DNA of 64,000 nucleotides from Planctomycetota bacterium (GTDB lineage Bacteria > Planctomycetota > PLA2 > JAEUHO01): NCBI GenBank assembly GCA_050248855.1, contig JBFWRP010000002.1, positions 234,608 to 298,607 of the forward strand, in the 5' to 3' direction. Position numbers and translations under genes: made by a program. This document shows, piece by piece, positions 9,314 through 17,755 of the stretch. Every line of letters starts with the position of its first letter. Within the stretch, counting starts at the first letter, position 1. Below the pieces are notes generated by a model. The model was not told the origin of the DNA. It ran no database searches and saw only the letters and a list, made by a program, of their open reading frames with translations.

Positions 9314-10102
9314 TCAGCCGTTGGTCGTCGCGGGGACGTCCTTCTCGGCCTTCTTCTTGCCACCGCAGCAGCCGTTCGGGCACTTCGTGCAGCCCTCGTC
9401 GCTGGCCGAACCGCTGGCGTCACCCGTGGGGGCCGCGGCGCCATCGGCCTTCGCCTTGTTCTTGCAGCAGCCTTCGCCGCACTTGGTGCAGCCGGCGGCG
9501 TCGCTGGCCGAACCGCTGGCGTCACCCGTGGGGGCGGCGGCGCCGTCGGTCTTCGCCTTGTTCTTGCAGCAACCCTCGCCGCACTTGCCGCAGCCGGCGG
9601 CGTCGCTGGCCGAACCGCTCACGCCCTCGGCCTTGGCCTTGTTCGGGCAGTTGCAGCCCTCGTCGCAGGCTTCGCCCGACTCGCACTTGCCGCAGCAGTC
9701 GCCGCTCTTGGCCTTGGCCATCGCCTGGAAGAAGCCGACGAAGCGCTCCTTCGTCCACCCGTCCGCGATCAGCGCGGCCTTGAGGCCCGGCATGACGGCG
9801 TCCTTGCTGTCGAACCAAGCCGACCACTTGGCGCTGCCCTCGGGGGTCGAGGCGCAGACGCACTCGCCGCCGCAGACCTGCTGGCCGACGTACATGATGA
9901 TCGAGTGGAACGGCGTCTCGGTCTTCGTGGCCGGAGCCTCGGTCGTGGTGGCGGGGGCCTCGGAGGCCGGGGCCTTCGCAGCCGGCGCGGCCGCGGGGGC
10001 CTCGTCACCGGCGAAGGCGCTGTCGGCGCCGAGGCCGTACGCGCCGAACGCGAGGCCGGCGGCGGCCAGAAGGCCGAGGGCAAGCTTGATGGGAGTGCGC
10101 AT
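9314..10102 (-). CDS. Secreted Cys-rich low-complexity (metallothionein-like) protein
   Basis: Signal peptide MRTPIKLALGLLAAAGLAFGAYG..AFA. About 21 Cys, including three GCxKCxxGCC units. Confidence 0.75.
   Translation of the reverse strand: MRTPIKLALGLLAAAGLAFGAYGLGADSAFAGDEAPAAAPAAKAPASEAPATTTEAPATKTETPFHSIIMYVGQQVCGGECVCASTPEGSAKWSAWFDSKDAVMPGLKAALIADGWTKERFVGFFQAMAKAKSGDCCGKCESGEACDEGCNCPNKAKAEGVSGSASDAAGCGKCGEGCCKNKAKTDGAAAPTGDASGSASDAAGCTKCGEGCCKNKAKADGAAAPTGDASGSASDEGCTKCPNGCCGGKKKAEKDVPATTNG
9365..9620. repeat. Intragenic 102-bp (34-aa) tandem repeat
   Basis: GTCGCTGGCCGAACCGCT recurs at 9398, 9500 and 9602. Confidence 0.9.
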
Positions 10103-10426
10103 CGTGGAGATTCCTCTCGTGGACTGACGTGGATCTAGGCTCTCGGCCCGATGAGCGAAGCGCCCTCGGACGGGAGCGGGGAGGGTACCGGCACCTACGG
10201 GGGGCCCGCACAAGCGCGGGACTCCTCGGGCGCCCATCGCCCGCTCCCGCGCCCAGGTGGGACGCATCCTGGTCGGGGCGAGGTTCCCCGGGAGGTGGAC
10301 CGGAGAAGTGACCGGGGGCCGAGGGCCCGTGTGCCGGAGGAGCCGGGGGCTGGTCGGCAGCGGCGGGCCCGCCCCCCTGGAGCCCGGTTTTCCGGGGAGA
10401 GCAGGCGTGGTAGACCCGCCGCCTGC

Positions 10427-10834
10427 ATGTTCGAGATGCCGCAGGTCATCCGCCTTCCCTTCACGGACGCAGCGGGCGTCGTGTTCTTCGCGCGCTACTT
10501 CGACTTGGCCCACCTGGCTTTCGAGGAGCTGTTCGACCATCTCGGCCATCGGATTCCCGCCGAGCTGTGGCGGGCCTCCATCGGGTTCCCCCTCGTCCGC
10601 TCGGAGGCCGAGTACCGGCGGCCCCTGGTGCTCGGCGATCGGGTCGCCGTGCAGGTCGAGGCAGAACGGGTGGGCCGTACGTCGTTCACGCTCCGCCACC
10701 GCTTCGTCCACGCCGGGCACGGCGAGGTCGCGGTCGTCCGCATGACCCACGTGGCCATCGAGGTCCCGACGCGGACGCCCGTACCGCTGCCCGACGACCT
10801 CGCGACGGCCTTGCGCACGCATCTTGTCGGGTAG
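10427..10834 (+). CDS. Hotdog-fold acyl-CoA thioesterase, probable DHNA-CoA hydrolase
   Basis: TDAAGVVFFARYF..H..FEE 4HBT-type motif. Lies next to the men cluster. Confidence 0.75.
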   Translation: MFEMPQVIRLPFTDAAGVVFFARYFDLAHLAFEELFDHLGHRIPAELWRASIGFPLVRSEAEYRRPLVLGDRVAVQVEAERVGRTSFTLRHRFVHAGHGEVAVVRMTHVAIEVPTRTPVPLPDDLATALRTHLVG

Positions 10835-10892
10835 TCGCCGGAGCTATCTTGGCACGACGAAGACGGAGCGCCGTCCGTCGAGGTCGCCGACG

Positions 10893-11393
10893 ATGCAGGA
10901 AGCCGTCCGCCAGCAGATGGGGGCCGCGATCGAGTCCTTGGCCGCAACGGTGCGAGCGTGTCCCGACACCACGTGGTACACGGGGCGGCGCTGGTTCCAG
11001 CCCTGGTACGTCGCGTACCACGCGACCTATTGGCTGGCGTGGTACCTGGCCGAAGGCGCCCCCGACTTCACGCCGCCGCCGCCCTTCACCAACAGCGAGC
11101 TCGAAGAAGACTCCTATCCGCCGCGACCGTGGTCGCGCGAGGAGGTCTTGGGGTGGCTGGGGCAGATCCCTGCGCAGCTGGAAGCCCGCGCCGCGACGTT
11201 GGCGGATGCAGACGGTGCGGCACGCCGCGTGAGGATGCCGTGGGGCGACGTGACCGCGCTGGAGGTCCTGCTCTACGGGCTGCGCCACGTGGCGCACCAC
11301 ACCGGACAGCTGAACCTGCTGGTCCGCTCCGGCGGCAGCAAGCCCGCGATGTGGGTGGCGCGCCACGACGTGTCACCGCCGCCCGCGGCCTGA
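10893..11393 (+). CDS. DinB family protein
   Basis: WYVAYH and C-terminal RHVAHHTGQL His motif. Confidence 0.8.
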   Translation: MQEAVRQQMGAAIESLAATVRACPDTTWYTGRRWFQPWYVAYHATYWLAWYLAEGAPDFTPPPPFTNSELEEDSYPPRPWSREEVLGWLGQIPAQLEARAATLADADGAARRVRMPWGDVTALEVLLYGLRHVAHHTGQLNLLVRSGGSKPAMWVARHDVSPPPAA

Positions 11394-11394
11394 C

Positions 11395-13776
11395 TCAGGC
11401 AAGGCGGTCCGGACGCGTGGCGAGCCACGTGGCCAGCGCCGCATAGGGCACCTTCGGGCCCGGCGCCGGGTCCGCGGGCCATGCCCACCAGCCGACGGGT
11501 CGTTCCGCGGGCGCGAGGTGCTCGCGCGCGCGCGCGGTCAGCTCCGCGGCACGCAGCGGCCTGCGCAGGGCGACGATCGCCGCCGCGCGTGCGCCCCATT
11601 CCGGGTCCTCGACAGGCAGCACGGCCACGGCCTCCACATCCGGCCAAGCGCCCACCACGGACTCGATCAGCTCGGGCTGCACGTTCACGCCGCCGGAGTG
11701 GAAGAGACGGTCCATGCGACCGAGCACGTGGAGGACTCCCTCCTCGAGGCGTCCGCGGTCGCCGGTCGCGTACCAGCCGTCGTCGTCCGCGAGCGGCACC
11801 AGGCCCGCCGGGCCGTACGTGCCCAGCGCCAACGTGGGCGTGCGCACGTGGATGCGCCCGTTCGCCTCGATGCGCAGGTCCACACCGGGCAACGCCCGAC
11901 CGGCGACGCCGTCTGCCGCGGCCTCGTCGGCGTTCGTGCTCGAGACGATGAACGCCGTGGTCTCGGTCATGCCGTACGTGACGACCAGCGGTACGCCGGC
12001 CTCGATGGCGCGGCGTCGCAGACCGCACGGCGCGGGCGCGCCGCCCAGCAACACGGCGCTCGTGCCCGCCAGCGCGCGCGCGGCGGCGGGGTCGTCGAGC
12101 AACCGTACCAGCTGCGTGGGCACGAGGGAGAGCACGTCGGGGCGCACGCGCAGCAGGGCCTCGCCGAGGCGCTCGCCCGGTCCCGGCACGAGCAGGTCCA
12201 GGTCGCCGACGCCTGCGCGGTGCACGAGCGCCAGTCCCCCGACGTGATGCAGCGGCAGCGAGAGCAGCCAGCGGGCGCCGGGCGCCAGCGCCAGCCGCGT
12301 CAGCGCGGCCCAGGCGGCCTCGCGATGGTGGGCCCACGCGTGGGCCACGAGGCGCGGTCGACCCCCGCTGCCCGATGTGCCCAGCAAGGTGCCGATGCGC
12401 GGGTCGGTGAGCGGGCGTGGCGCCGGTCCGGGTTCGAGGCCCGCGGGGGTCAGCAGGTGCGCGGCGCCGGCCTCGACGACGGCGGCGTGGCGGCGCGCGG
12501 CCGGCCACGTCGCGCCGAGCAGCAGCGGTACGAACGGGGCGCGCTCGTCGCCCGCTTGGGCCAGGGCCGCCAGCGTGGCGTCGACGCCGAGGCCCTCCAG
12601 CGCCACGACGGTGGGGGCCGGCGTGGACGCACGACGCGGCAGGCGGACGGCGCCCGGGCCGAGCGGCGGCCGCGCGGCATGCAGCCAAGGCACCAAGGTC
12701 GAGGCCGCGTCCAGCCAGACGGGCGAAGGGGCGTGGGTCATGCGCTCGGGCGCGATGTGCCCCTCGACGACCAGCGGCGACGTGCGCAGCGGGTCGGCGC
12801 GGAACACGTCTTCCGTGCCCAGGCCCATCGCGCCCTCGGCAGCCGCCAGATGCAGCGACAGCCGGGCGAGGAACGACAGCCCCAGGCCCGACTCGAGGGC
12901 GGACGACACGACCAGGCGCTTGCCGGCGCGCAAGGCGCGGTCGTCGAGGTCGAGCGTGGCGGCCACGCCCACGCCGGCGGGCTTCACGATCCATGCGTCG
13001 ACGAAGGGCGCCGTGGCCAGCTCCGCGCCGACCGGCTCGCGCAGGGTCTCGTCCAGGGCGATGCGCACGCCGAGCTCGGCCGCGAGGGTCGGCAGCAGGC
13101 GGGGGTCGGCCAGCGGTTCCTCGATGCTCTCGAAGCGCTCGAGCGGCAGGCCCTCGAGGAACGCGCGGGCCGCATCGAGGTCGAAGGCGCGGTTGGCGTC
13201 CAAGCGCACCACGACGTCGGAGGCGAGGCCGTCGAGGAGCCGCAGGATTCCTTCGTGCTCCACCTCCCGCGTGCGGCGTCCGACCTTGACCTTCACCGCG
13301 GGCCAGGTTGCGGCGTCGGGTGCGGCGAGGAAGCCCAGCGCGGCCTCCGCGGTTGCGGCGACCAGCGCGTTGACGGGCACGCGACCGCGCTGCTCGCGAC
13401 GGCCCGCGAGGTCCTCGGGCTCGCCGCGGCGTACGCGATCCAAGCCATGCCACGCCATCTCGACAGCGAAGCGAACGGCCGGGTGACGGGCCCACGGAGC
13501 GGCATCCAAGCGCGAGGTCAGGTCGGCAAAGCCGTCGCACGCCGAGAGCGACGCCAGGTCCGGGGCGGCCCGGGCCGCGCGCGCGACTTCCCCCAGCACG
13601 CGCTGCTCGCGGCGTCGTCCGTGTACGGCGGCGAGCGGCGCCAGCTCACCCCAGCCGGCGTTCCCGTGCGCATCGCCAAGACGCAGCAGCAGCCCCGGCT
13701 TCTCGGGCGCAAGGTGCAGGGCACGGCGCCAACGGCGCCGGATGCGAAGGCTGTACGGCAGCCACGACGCACTCAC
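11395..13776 (-). CDS. menC/menE: Fused o-succinylbenzoate synthase (MenC) + o-succinylbenzoate-CoA ligase (MenE)
   Basis: GTG start overlaps the menA stop. MenC motifs GWGELAPL, KVKVG, RLDAN, IEEP, ALDE, VKP. MenE motifs TSGSGGRPR, LPLHHVGG, TYGMTET, TGDRG, GRMD..FHSGGVNV. No stop between them. Confidence 0.85.
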   Translation of the reverse strand: MSASWLPYSLRIRRRWRRALHLAPEKPGLLLRLGDAHGNAGWGELAPLAAVHGRRREQRVLGEVARAARAAPDLASLSACDGFADLTSRLDAAPWARHPAVRFAVEMAWHGLDRVRRGEPEDLAGRREQRGRVPVNALVAATAEAALGFLAAPDAATWPAVKVKVGRRTREVEHEGILRLLDGLASDVVVRLDANRAFDLDAARAFLEGLPLERFESIEEPLADPRLLPTLAAELGVRIALDETLREPVGAELATAPFVDAWIVKPAGVGVAATLDLDDRALRAGKRLVVSSALESGLGLSFLARLSLHLAAAEGAMGLGTEDVFRADPLRTSPLVVEGHIAPERMTHAPSPVWLDAASTLVPWLHAARPPLGPGAVRLPRRASTPAPTVVALEGLGVDATLAALAQAGDERAPFVPLLLGATWPAARRHAAVVEAGAAHLLTPAGLEPGPAPRPLTDPRIGTLLGTSGSGGRPRLVAHAWAHHREAAWAALTRLALAPGARWLLSLPLHHVGGLALVHRAGVGDLDLLVPGPGERLGEALLRVRPDVLSLVPTQLVRLLDDPAAARALAGTSAVLLGGAPAPCGLRRRAIEAGVPLVVTYGMTETTAFIVSSTNADEAAADGVAGRALPGVDLRIEANGRIHVRTPTLALGTYGPAGLVPLADDDGWYATGDRGRLEEGVLHVLGRMDRLFHSGGVNVQPELIESVVGAWPDVEAVAVLPVEDPEWGARAAAIVALRRPLRAAELTARAREHLAPAERPVGWWAWPADPAPGPKVPYAALATWLATRPDRLA

Positions 13777-14669
13777 GCCGGGCCCCAGGCCCAGAGCGCG
13801 CCGAGGCCGAGGCCGTAGAGGGCCAGCAGCCTGCCGAAGGCGGCGAGGACGTCCAGGAGACGGTCGCCGGGCTGCGCGCGTAGCGCGCGGCGCGCAGCAG
13901 GCCAACCGACGAGGGCGAGGCCGGTGGCTCCGAGCACGGCGCGCGGGGCCCCGAACAGCAGCACGAGGACGACGGGGACGAGGGCCGCGCCCAGCAGCGC
14001 ACCGACGATCTCCGCGCGCGCGAAGCCGCGTCCGAAGCGCACGGCCAACGTGCCCTTGCCGGCGCGGCGGTCGGTGTCCACGTCGCGCACGTTGTTCACG
14101 GCCAGGAGCGCGACGGCGAGCAGGCCGGGGCCGAAGCCCGCGACGACCGCGTCGGCGCGCCAGGCAAGCGCCTGCACGAACACCGTGCCGGCGACCGCCA
14201 CCGGACCGAAGAAGGCGAGCACGAGCACGTCGCCGAGCCCGAGGTAGCCCAGCGGCTTGGCACCGCCCGTGTACAGCACGGCGCCGGCGATCGAGGCCAC
14301 GCCGATCGCGATGACGGGCCACCCGGCGCGCCACGCCAGCAGCGCGCCGACGACGGTCGCGGCGACGAGCGCGAGGACGAACGCCGTGCGCATGGCCGCT
14401 GGCGTGACGAGCCCCGCGGCCACTGCACGCGTGGGGCCCAGTCGATCGGGCGTGTCCGTACCCTTCACGCCATCGAAGTAGTCGTTCGCGAAGTTGGCGC
14501 CGATCTGCAACAGCAAGGCACCCGCCAGGGCGCCGAGCGCGGACGGCAGGTGGAAGACACCCTCCCGCCACGCGAGCCCCACCCCGATCGCCACGGGCGC
14601 CGCCGCCGCCGGCAGCGTGCGCGGCCGGCTCGCCGCGACCCACGCCGCGAGGGCGGACCTCACGCGCAT
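13773..14669 (-). CDS. menA: 1,4-dihydroxy-2-naphthoate polyprenyltransferase
   Basis: SRPRTL, NFANDYFDGVKGTD, NNVRDVDTDRRAGKGTLAV. Confidence 0.95.
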   Translation of the reverse strand: MRVRSALAAWVAASRPRTLPAAAAPVAIGVGLAWREGVFHLPSALGALAGALLLQIGANFANDYFDGVKGTDTPDRLGPTRAVAAGLVTPAAMRTAFVLALVAATVVGALLAWRAGWPVIAIGVASIAGAVLYTGGAKPLGYLGLGDVLVLAFFGPVAVAGTVFVQALAWRADAVVAGFGPGLLAVALLAVNNVRDVDTDRRAGKGTLAVRFGRGFARAEIVGALLGAALVPVVLVLLFGAPRAVLGATGLALVGWPAARRALRAQPGDRLLDVLAAFGRLLALYGLGLGALWAWGPA

Positions 14670-14677
14670 GGCGTGCC

Positions 14678-14774
14678 GCGCGGAGGTGTCTGAACCTGTG
14701 CCTCGGAGCGAAGCGACGGTGGCACGGTGTCAGACACCGCCGTGCGGTTCTCGCTTGGGGTCAAACCCCGCGCT
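14678..14774. repeat. REP-like hairpin modules (GGTGTCTGA...TCAGACACC and GGGGTCAAACCCC)
   Basis: 14678-14739 matches 27489-27550 with two differences. 14752-14774 matches 27808-27830 with one difference. Confidence 0.85.
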
Positions 14775-14820
14775 CCATCGTCACACCGGAGCCTCGCCGC
14801 GGAGGTGTCGCCCCCGGTCA

Positions 14821-15642
14821 TCACGGCCGCTTGGGGAAGCGACCGAAATCAGGCTTGCGCTTGCCGAGGTAGGCGTCGCGACCTTCTTGGCCTTCTTCGG
14901 TCATGTAGTAGAGGAGCGTGGCGTTGCCGGCGAGCTCCTGCAAGCCGGCTTGGCCGTCGCAGTCGGCGTTCAGCGCCGACTTGAGGCAGCGGATGGCCAG
15001 CGGCGAGTGCTGGAGGATCTCGCGGCACCACGTCACCGTCTCGGTCTCCAGCTGGTCGAGCGGCACCACCGTGTTGACGAGCCCCATCGCCAAGGCCTGG
15101 CGCGCGTCGTACTGGCGACAAAGGAACCAGATCTCGCGGGCCTTCTTCTGGCCGACCATGCGCGCGAGGTAGCTCGAGCCGTAGCCCCCGTCGAACGAGC
15201 CGACCTTCGGACCCGTCTGGCCGAACACCGCGTTCTCGGCGGCGATCGTCAGGTCGCACATCACGTGCAGCACGTGGCCGCCGCCGATCGCGTAGCCGGC
15301 GACCATCGCCACGACCGGCTTGGGGCACGTGCGGATCTCGCGCTGGAAGTCGAGCACGTTGAGGCGGTGGACGCCCTTGGCGTCCACGTATCCGGCGTCG
15401 CCACGCACGCGCTGGTCGCCACCGCTGCAGAAGGCCATGTCGCCCTCGCCCGTCAGGATGACCACGCCGATCGACGGGTCGTCGCGCGCGATCTGCAACG
15501 CCTCGCGCATCTCCGTCACCGTGAGGGGGCGGAAGGCGTTGCGCACCTCGGGCCGGCAGATCGTGATCTTGGCGATGCCGTCCATCGTCTCGTACCGGAT
15601 GTCGGTGAACGCCTTGCCGGGCTGCCAGGGGAAAGACGGCAT
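14821..15642 (-). CDS. menB: 1,4-dihydroxy-2-naphthoyl-CoA synthase
   Basis: [53 protein letters not shown]. Confidence 0.97.
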   Translation of the reverse strand: MPSFPWQPGKAFTDIRYETMDGIAKITICRPEVRNAFRPLTVTEMREALQIARDDPSIGVVILTGEGDMAFCSGGDQRVRGDAGYVDAKGVHRLNVLDFQREIRTCPKPVVAMVAGYAIGGGHVLHVMCDLTIAAENAVFGQTGPKVGSFDGGYGSSYLARMVGQKKAREIWFLCRQYDARQALAMGLVNTVVPLDQLETETVTWCREILQHSPLAIRCLKSALNADCDGQAGLQELAGNATLLYYMTEEGQEGRDAYLGKRKPDFGRFPKRP

Positions 15643-15718
15643 CGAGGGCCTCCGCAGGGGGCCGTGCATCCTGGGTTGCCCCGGTGGACCGTCCACGTTT
15701 GCCCTCCCTGCGCACCCG

Positions 15719-16948
15719 TCAGGACCCGGCGAGGGCGCGGCGAGCCGCCTCGGCGGCCGTCGCCGCGAACCGCTCGAAGGAGAGGCCGTCGAGTACGGCG
15801 GCGCGCCCGGTGGCCGCCATGCGCGCGGCCCTCCCGGGATCGGCGAGCAGGTCGAGCACGGCACGGGCGAACGCCTCGGCGTCGTCGGCGATGCAGAGCG
15901 CATGCGGGTCCGGCAACAGCTCACGCCAGCCGCGGGCCCCCGCGGACGTCGTGACGCACGTGCGCCCGTAGAGGAAGGCCTCCGGCGTCTTGAGCGAGGA
16001 GCCCCCGCCGCGGCGTGCCGCGACGATCGCGAGGTCGGCGCCCGCGTACGCGGTGGCGACGTCCTCGACCCGTCCCCGCAGGCGCACGCCGGGCGCCGCG
16101 GCCCACGCGGCCGCACGCGCTGGCCCCGGGGGCGCACCGACGAGGTCGAGCGCGGCGTCGGGCCGGACACTCCGCACACGCGGCCAGACGTCCTGCACGA
16201 ACCACTCGACACCCTCCGTGTGCGGCGGCCAGCTCATGGTGGCCACGGAGACCACGTGTCCGCGACCGGGTGGGGGAGCTCCGTCGGGGACACGCCCCGC
16301 AGCCAGCGGCCACGGCAGGTTCGGGAGCACGGTGGCGCGTTCGAGCCCAGGTGCGGCCACCAGGTCCTCGCGCTTCGTGACGGTGAGCGCATCGGCCGCT
16401 TGGAGCAGGGCGAGCTGACGGCGGCCCAGCGCGCCGCGGCGCCACGTGCGCACGCGTCCCGCGGCCTCATCGGCCATCACCGTGGGGACGTCGTCGACGT
16501 CGAGCCACACGCGCGGCCGATGCGCCAGGTGGAGCACGCCGCTGGCCGCCAGCGCCGGGGCGCCGTACACGGCCACGAGGTCCGGACGGAGCCGTCCCAC
16601 GTGGTGGGCCACGCGTGCTGCCGTGGCGGAGTCGACGAGCAGCGGTGCCGCGGCGCCCGCCCAGCGTGTGGCCCAGGTGTCGAGCACGCGCTTGCGCAGC
16701 AGCCAGCGGCGCGCCAGGCGCCACGGCGGTCGTAGCGACGGTCGACCCGGAGGAACGACCTCCACCACCCCGAAGTCGCGCGCCACGACCGACGCGACGT
16801 CGGGGTCGTCCGTGATCGGGTCGCTGGACGTGATCAGGGTGGTCACGGAGCCCAGGCGGGCGAGGGCGCGGACCAGCAGCGCGGCGCGTTGCCGGCCGCC
16901 CATCGTCGGCGGCCACGGCGAGCTGGGGGTGATGACGAGGATCTTCAC
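15719..16948 (-). CDS. Glycosyltransferase family 4-like protein
   Basis: [19 protein letters not shown]-terminus and [20 protein letters not shown]. Confidence 0.8.
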   Translation of the reverse strand: MKILVITPSSPWPPTMGGRQRAALLVRALARLGSVTTLITSSDPITDDPDVASVVARDFGVVEVVPPGRPSLRPPWRLARRWLLRKRVLDTWATRWAGAAAPLLVDSATAARVAHHVGRLRPDLVAVYGAPALAASGVLHLAHRPRVWLDVDDVPTVMADEAAGRVRTWRRGALGRRQLALLQAADALTVTKREDLVAAPGLERATVLPNLPWPLAAGRVPDGAPPPGRGHVVSVATMSWPPHTEGVEWFVQDVWPRVRSVRPDAALDLVGAPPGPARAAAWAAAPGVRLRGRVEDVATAYAGADLAIVAARRGGGSSLKTPEAFLYGRTCVTTSAGARGWRELLPDPHALCIADDAEAFARAVLDLLADPGRAARMAATGRAAVLDGLSFERFAATAAEAARRALAGS

Positions 16949-16981
16949 GATGGCGGTGGGGGATGGCCCGCGTCGCGCCGT

Positions 16982-17755
16982 TCACCCCAGGAAGGCGCGC
17001 ACGGCGTCGGCCAGCGCGTCAGGGGCTTCCAGGTGCGGCGCGTGGCCGGCGCCGGGCACGACGTGCACCGTAGCCCGCGGCAGCCGCGCGGCGACCGCCG
17101 TGTTGGCGTGGCGGTAGCCGGCGTCGTGCTCGCCCGCGACCAGCAGGACGGGGAGGTCGGCCGCGGCCAGGGCGGGCACGAGGTCCGGTTGGTGCGCTGG
17201 CGTCAACGCCTCCAGCACGTCGGCGAGCCGGTCCGCCCGGCCGCGCAGCCTCCGCGCCCGCCACGTCGGCAGGTCGGGGTGCCTGCGCAGGGTGTCGAAC
17301 AGGGGCTGCTGCCACCACGCCTCCAGGAACGCGGCAACGCCTTCGTCGCGCAGGCGCTGCGCCCACGCGCGATCACGCGCCTCGCGCGTGGGGTCGGTGT
17401 CGGGTTCGAGGCGGGCGCCGATCAGGACGAGCTTGCGCACGCGCTGCGGCGCGGCCCCCGCCAGCGCGGCGGCGATGCGTCCGCCCAGGGAGTAGCCGAC
17501 GATGTCCACGCGCGTCAGCTCGAGGTGGTCCAGGTGGCGGACGACGGCGCGTGCCGCGCTGGCGAGGTCCGTGGGCAGCGCGGCTTCGTCTTCGTCCAAG
17601 GGTTCGTCGGCGGGCTCGTGGCCGGGCAAGTCGACGGCCACGACCGGCCGGTCGTCGGCCAGCTCCCAGGCGACATCGTCCCAGTCGTCGGCCGTGCCGA
17701 AGAAGCCGTGCAGGAACACGACGGGCGTGGGCTCGGGCCGCGGGCTGGGCGTCAT
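16982..17755 (-). CDS. menH: SHCHC synthase (alpha/beta hydrolase)
   Basis: LHGFFG, DLPGH, GYSLGGR, GEHD, AGHAPH. ATGA overlap with menD. Confidence 0.85.
   Translation of the reverse strand: MTPSPRPEPTPVVFLHGFFGTADDWDDVAWELADDRPVVAVDLPGHEPADEPLDEDEAALPTDLASAARAVVRHLDHLELTRVDIVGYSLGGRIAAALAGAAPQRVRKLVLIGARLEPDTDPTREARDRAWAQRLRDEGVAAFLEAWWQQPLFDTLRRHPDLPTWRARRLRGRADRLADVLEALTPAHQPDLVPALAAADLPVLLVAGEHDAGYRHANTAVAARLPRATVHVVPGAGHAPHLEAPDALADAVRAFLG

Noticed and set aside
1647..10102. Complete MNIO/DUF692 RiPP cluster
   Set aside because: Precursor-like and DoxX genes are present, but no DUF692, DUF2063 or ECF sigma gene was recognised in the window.
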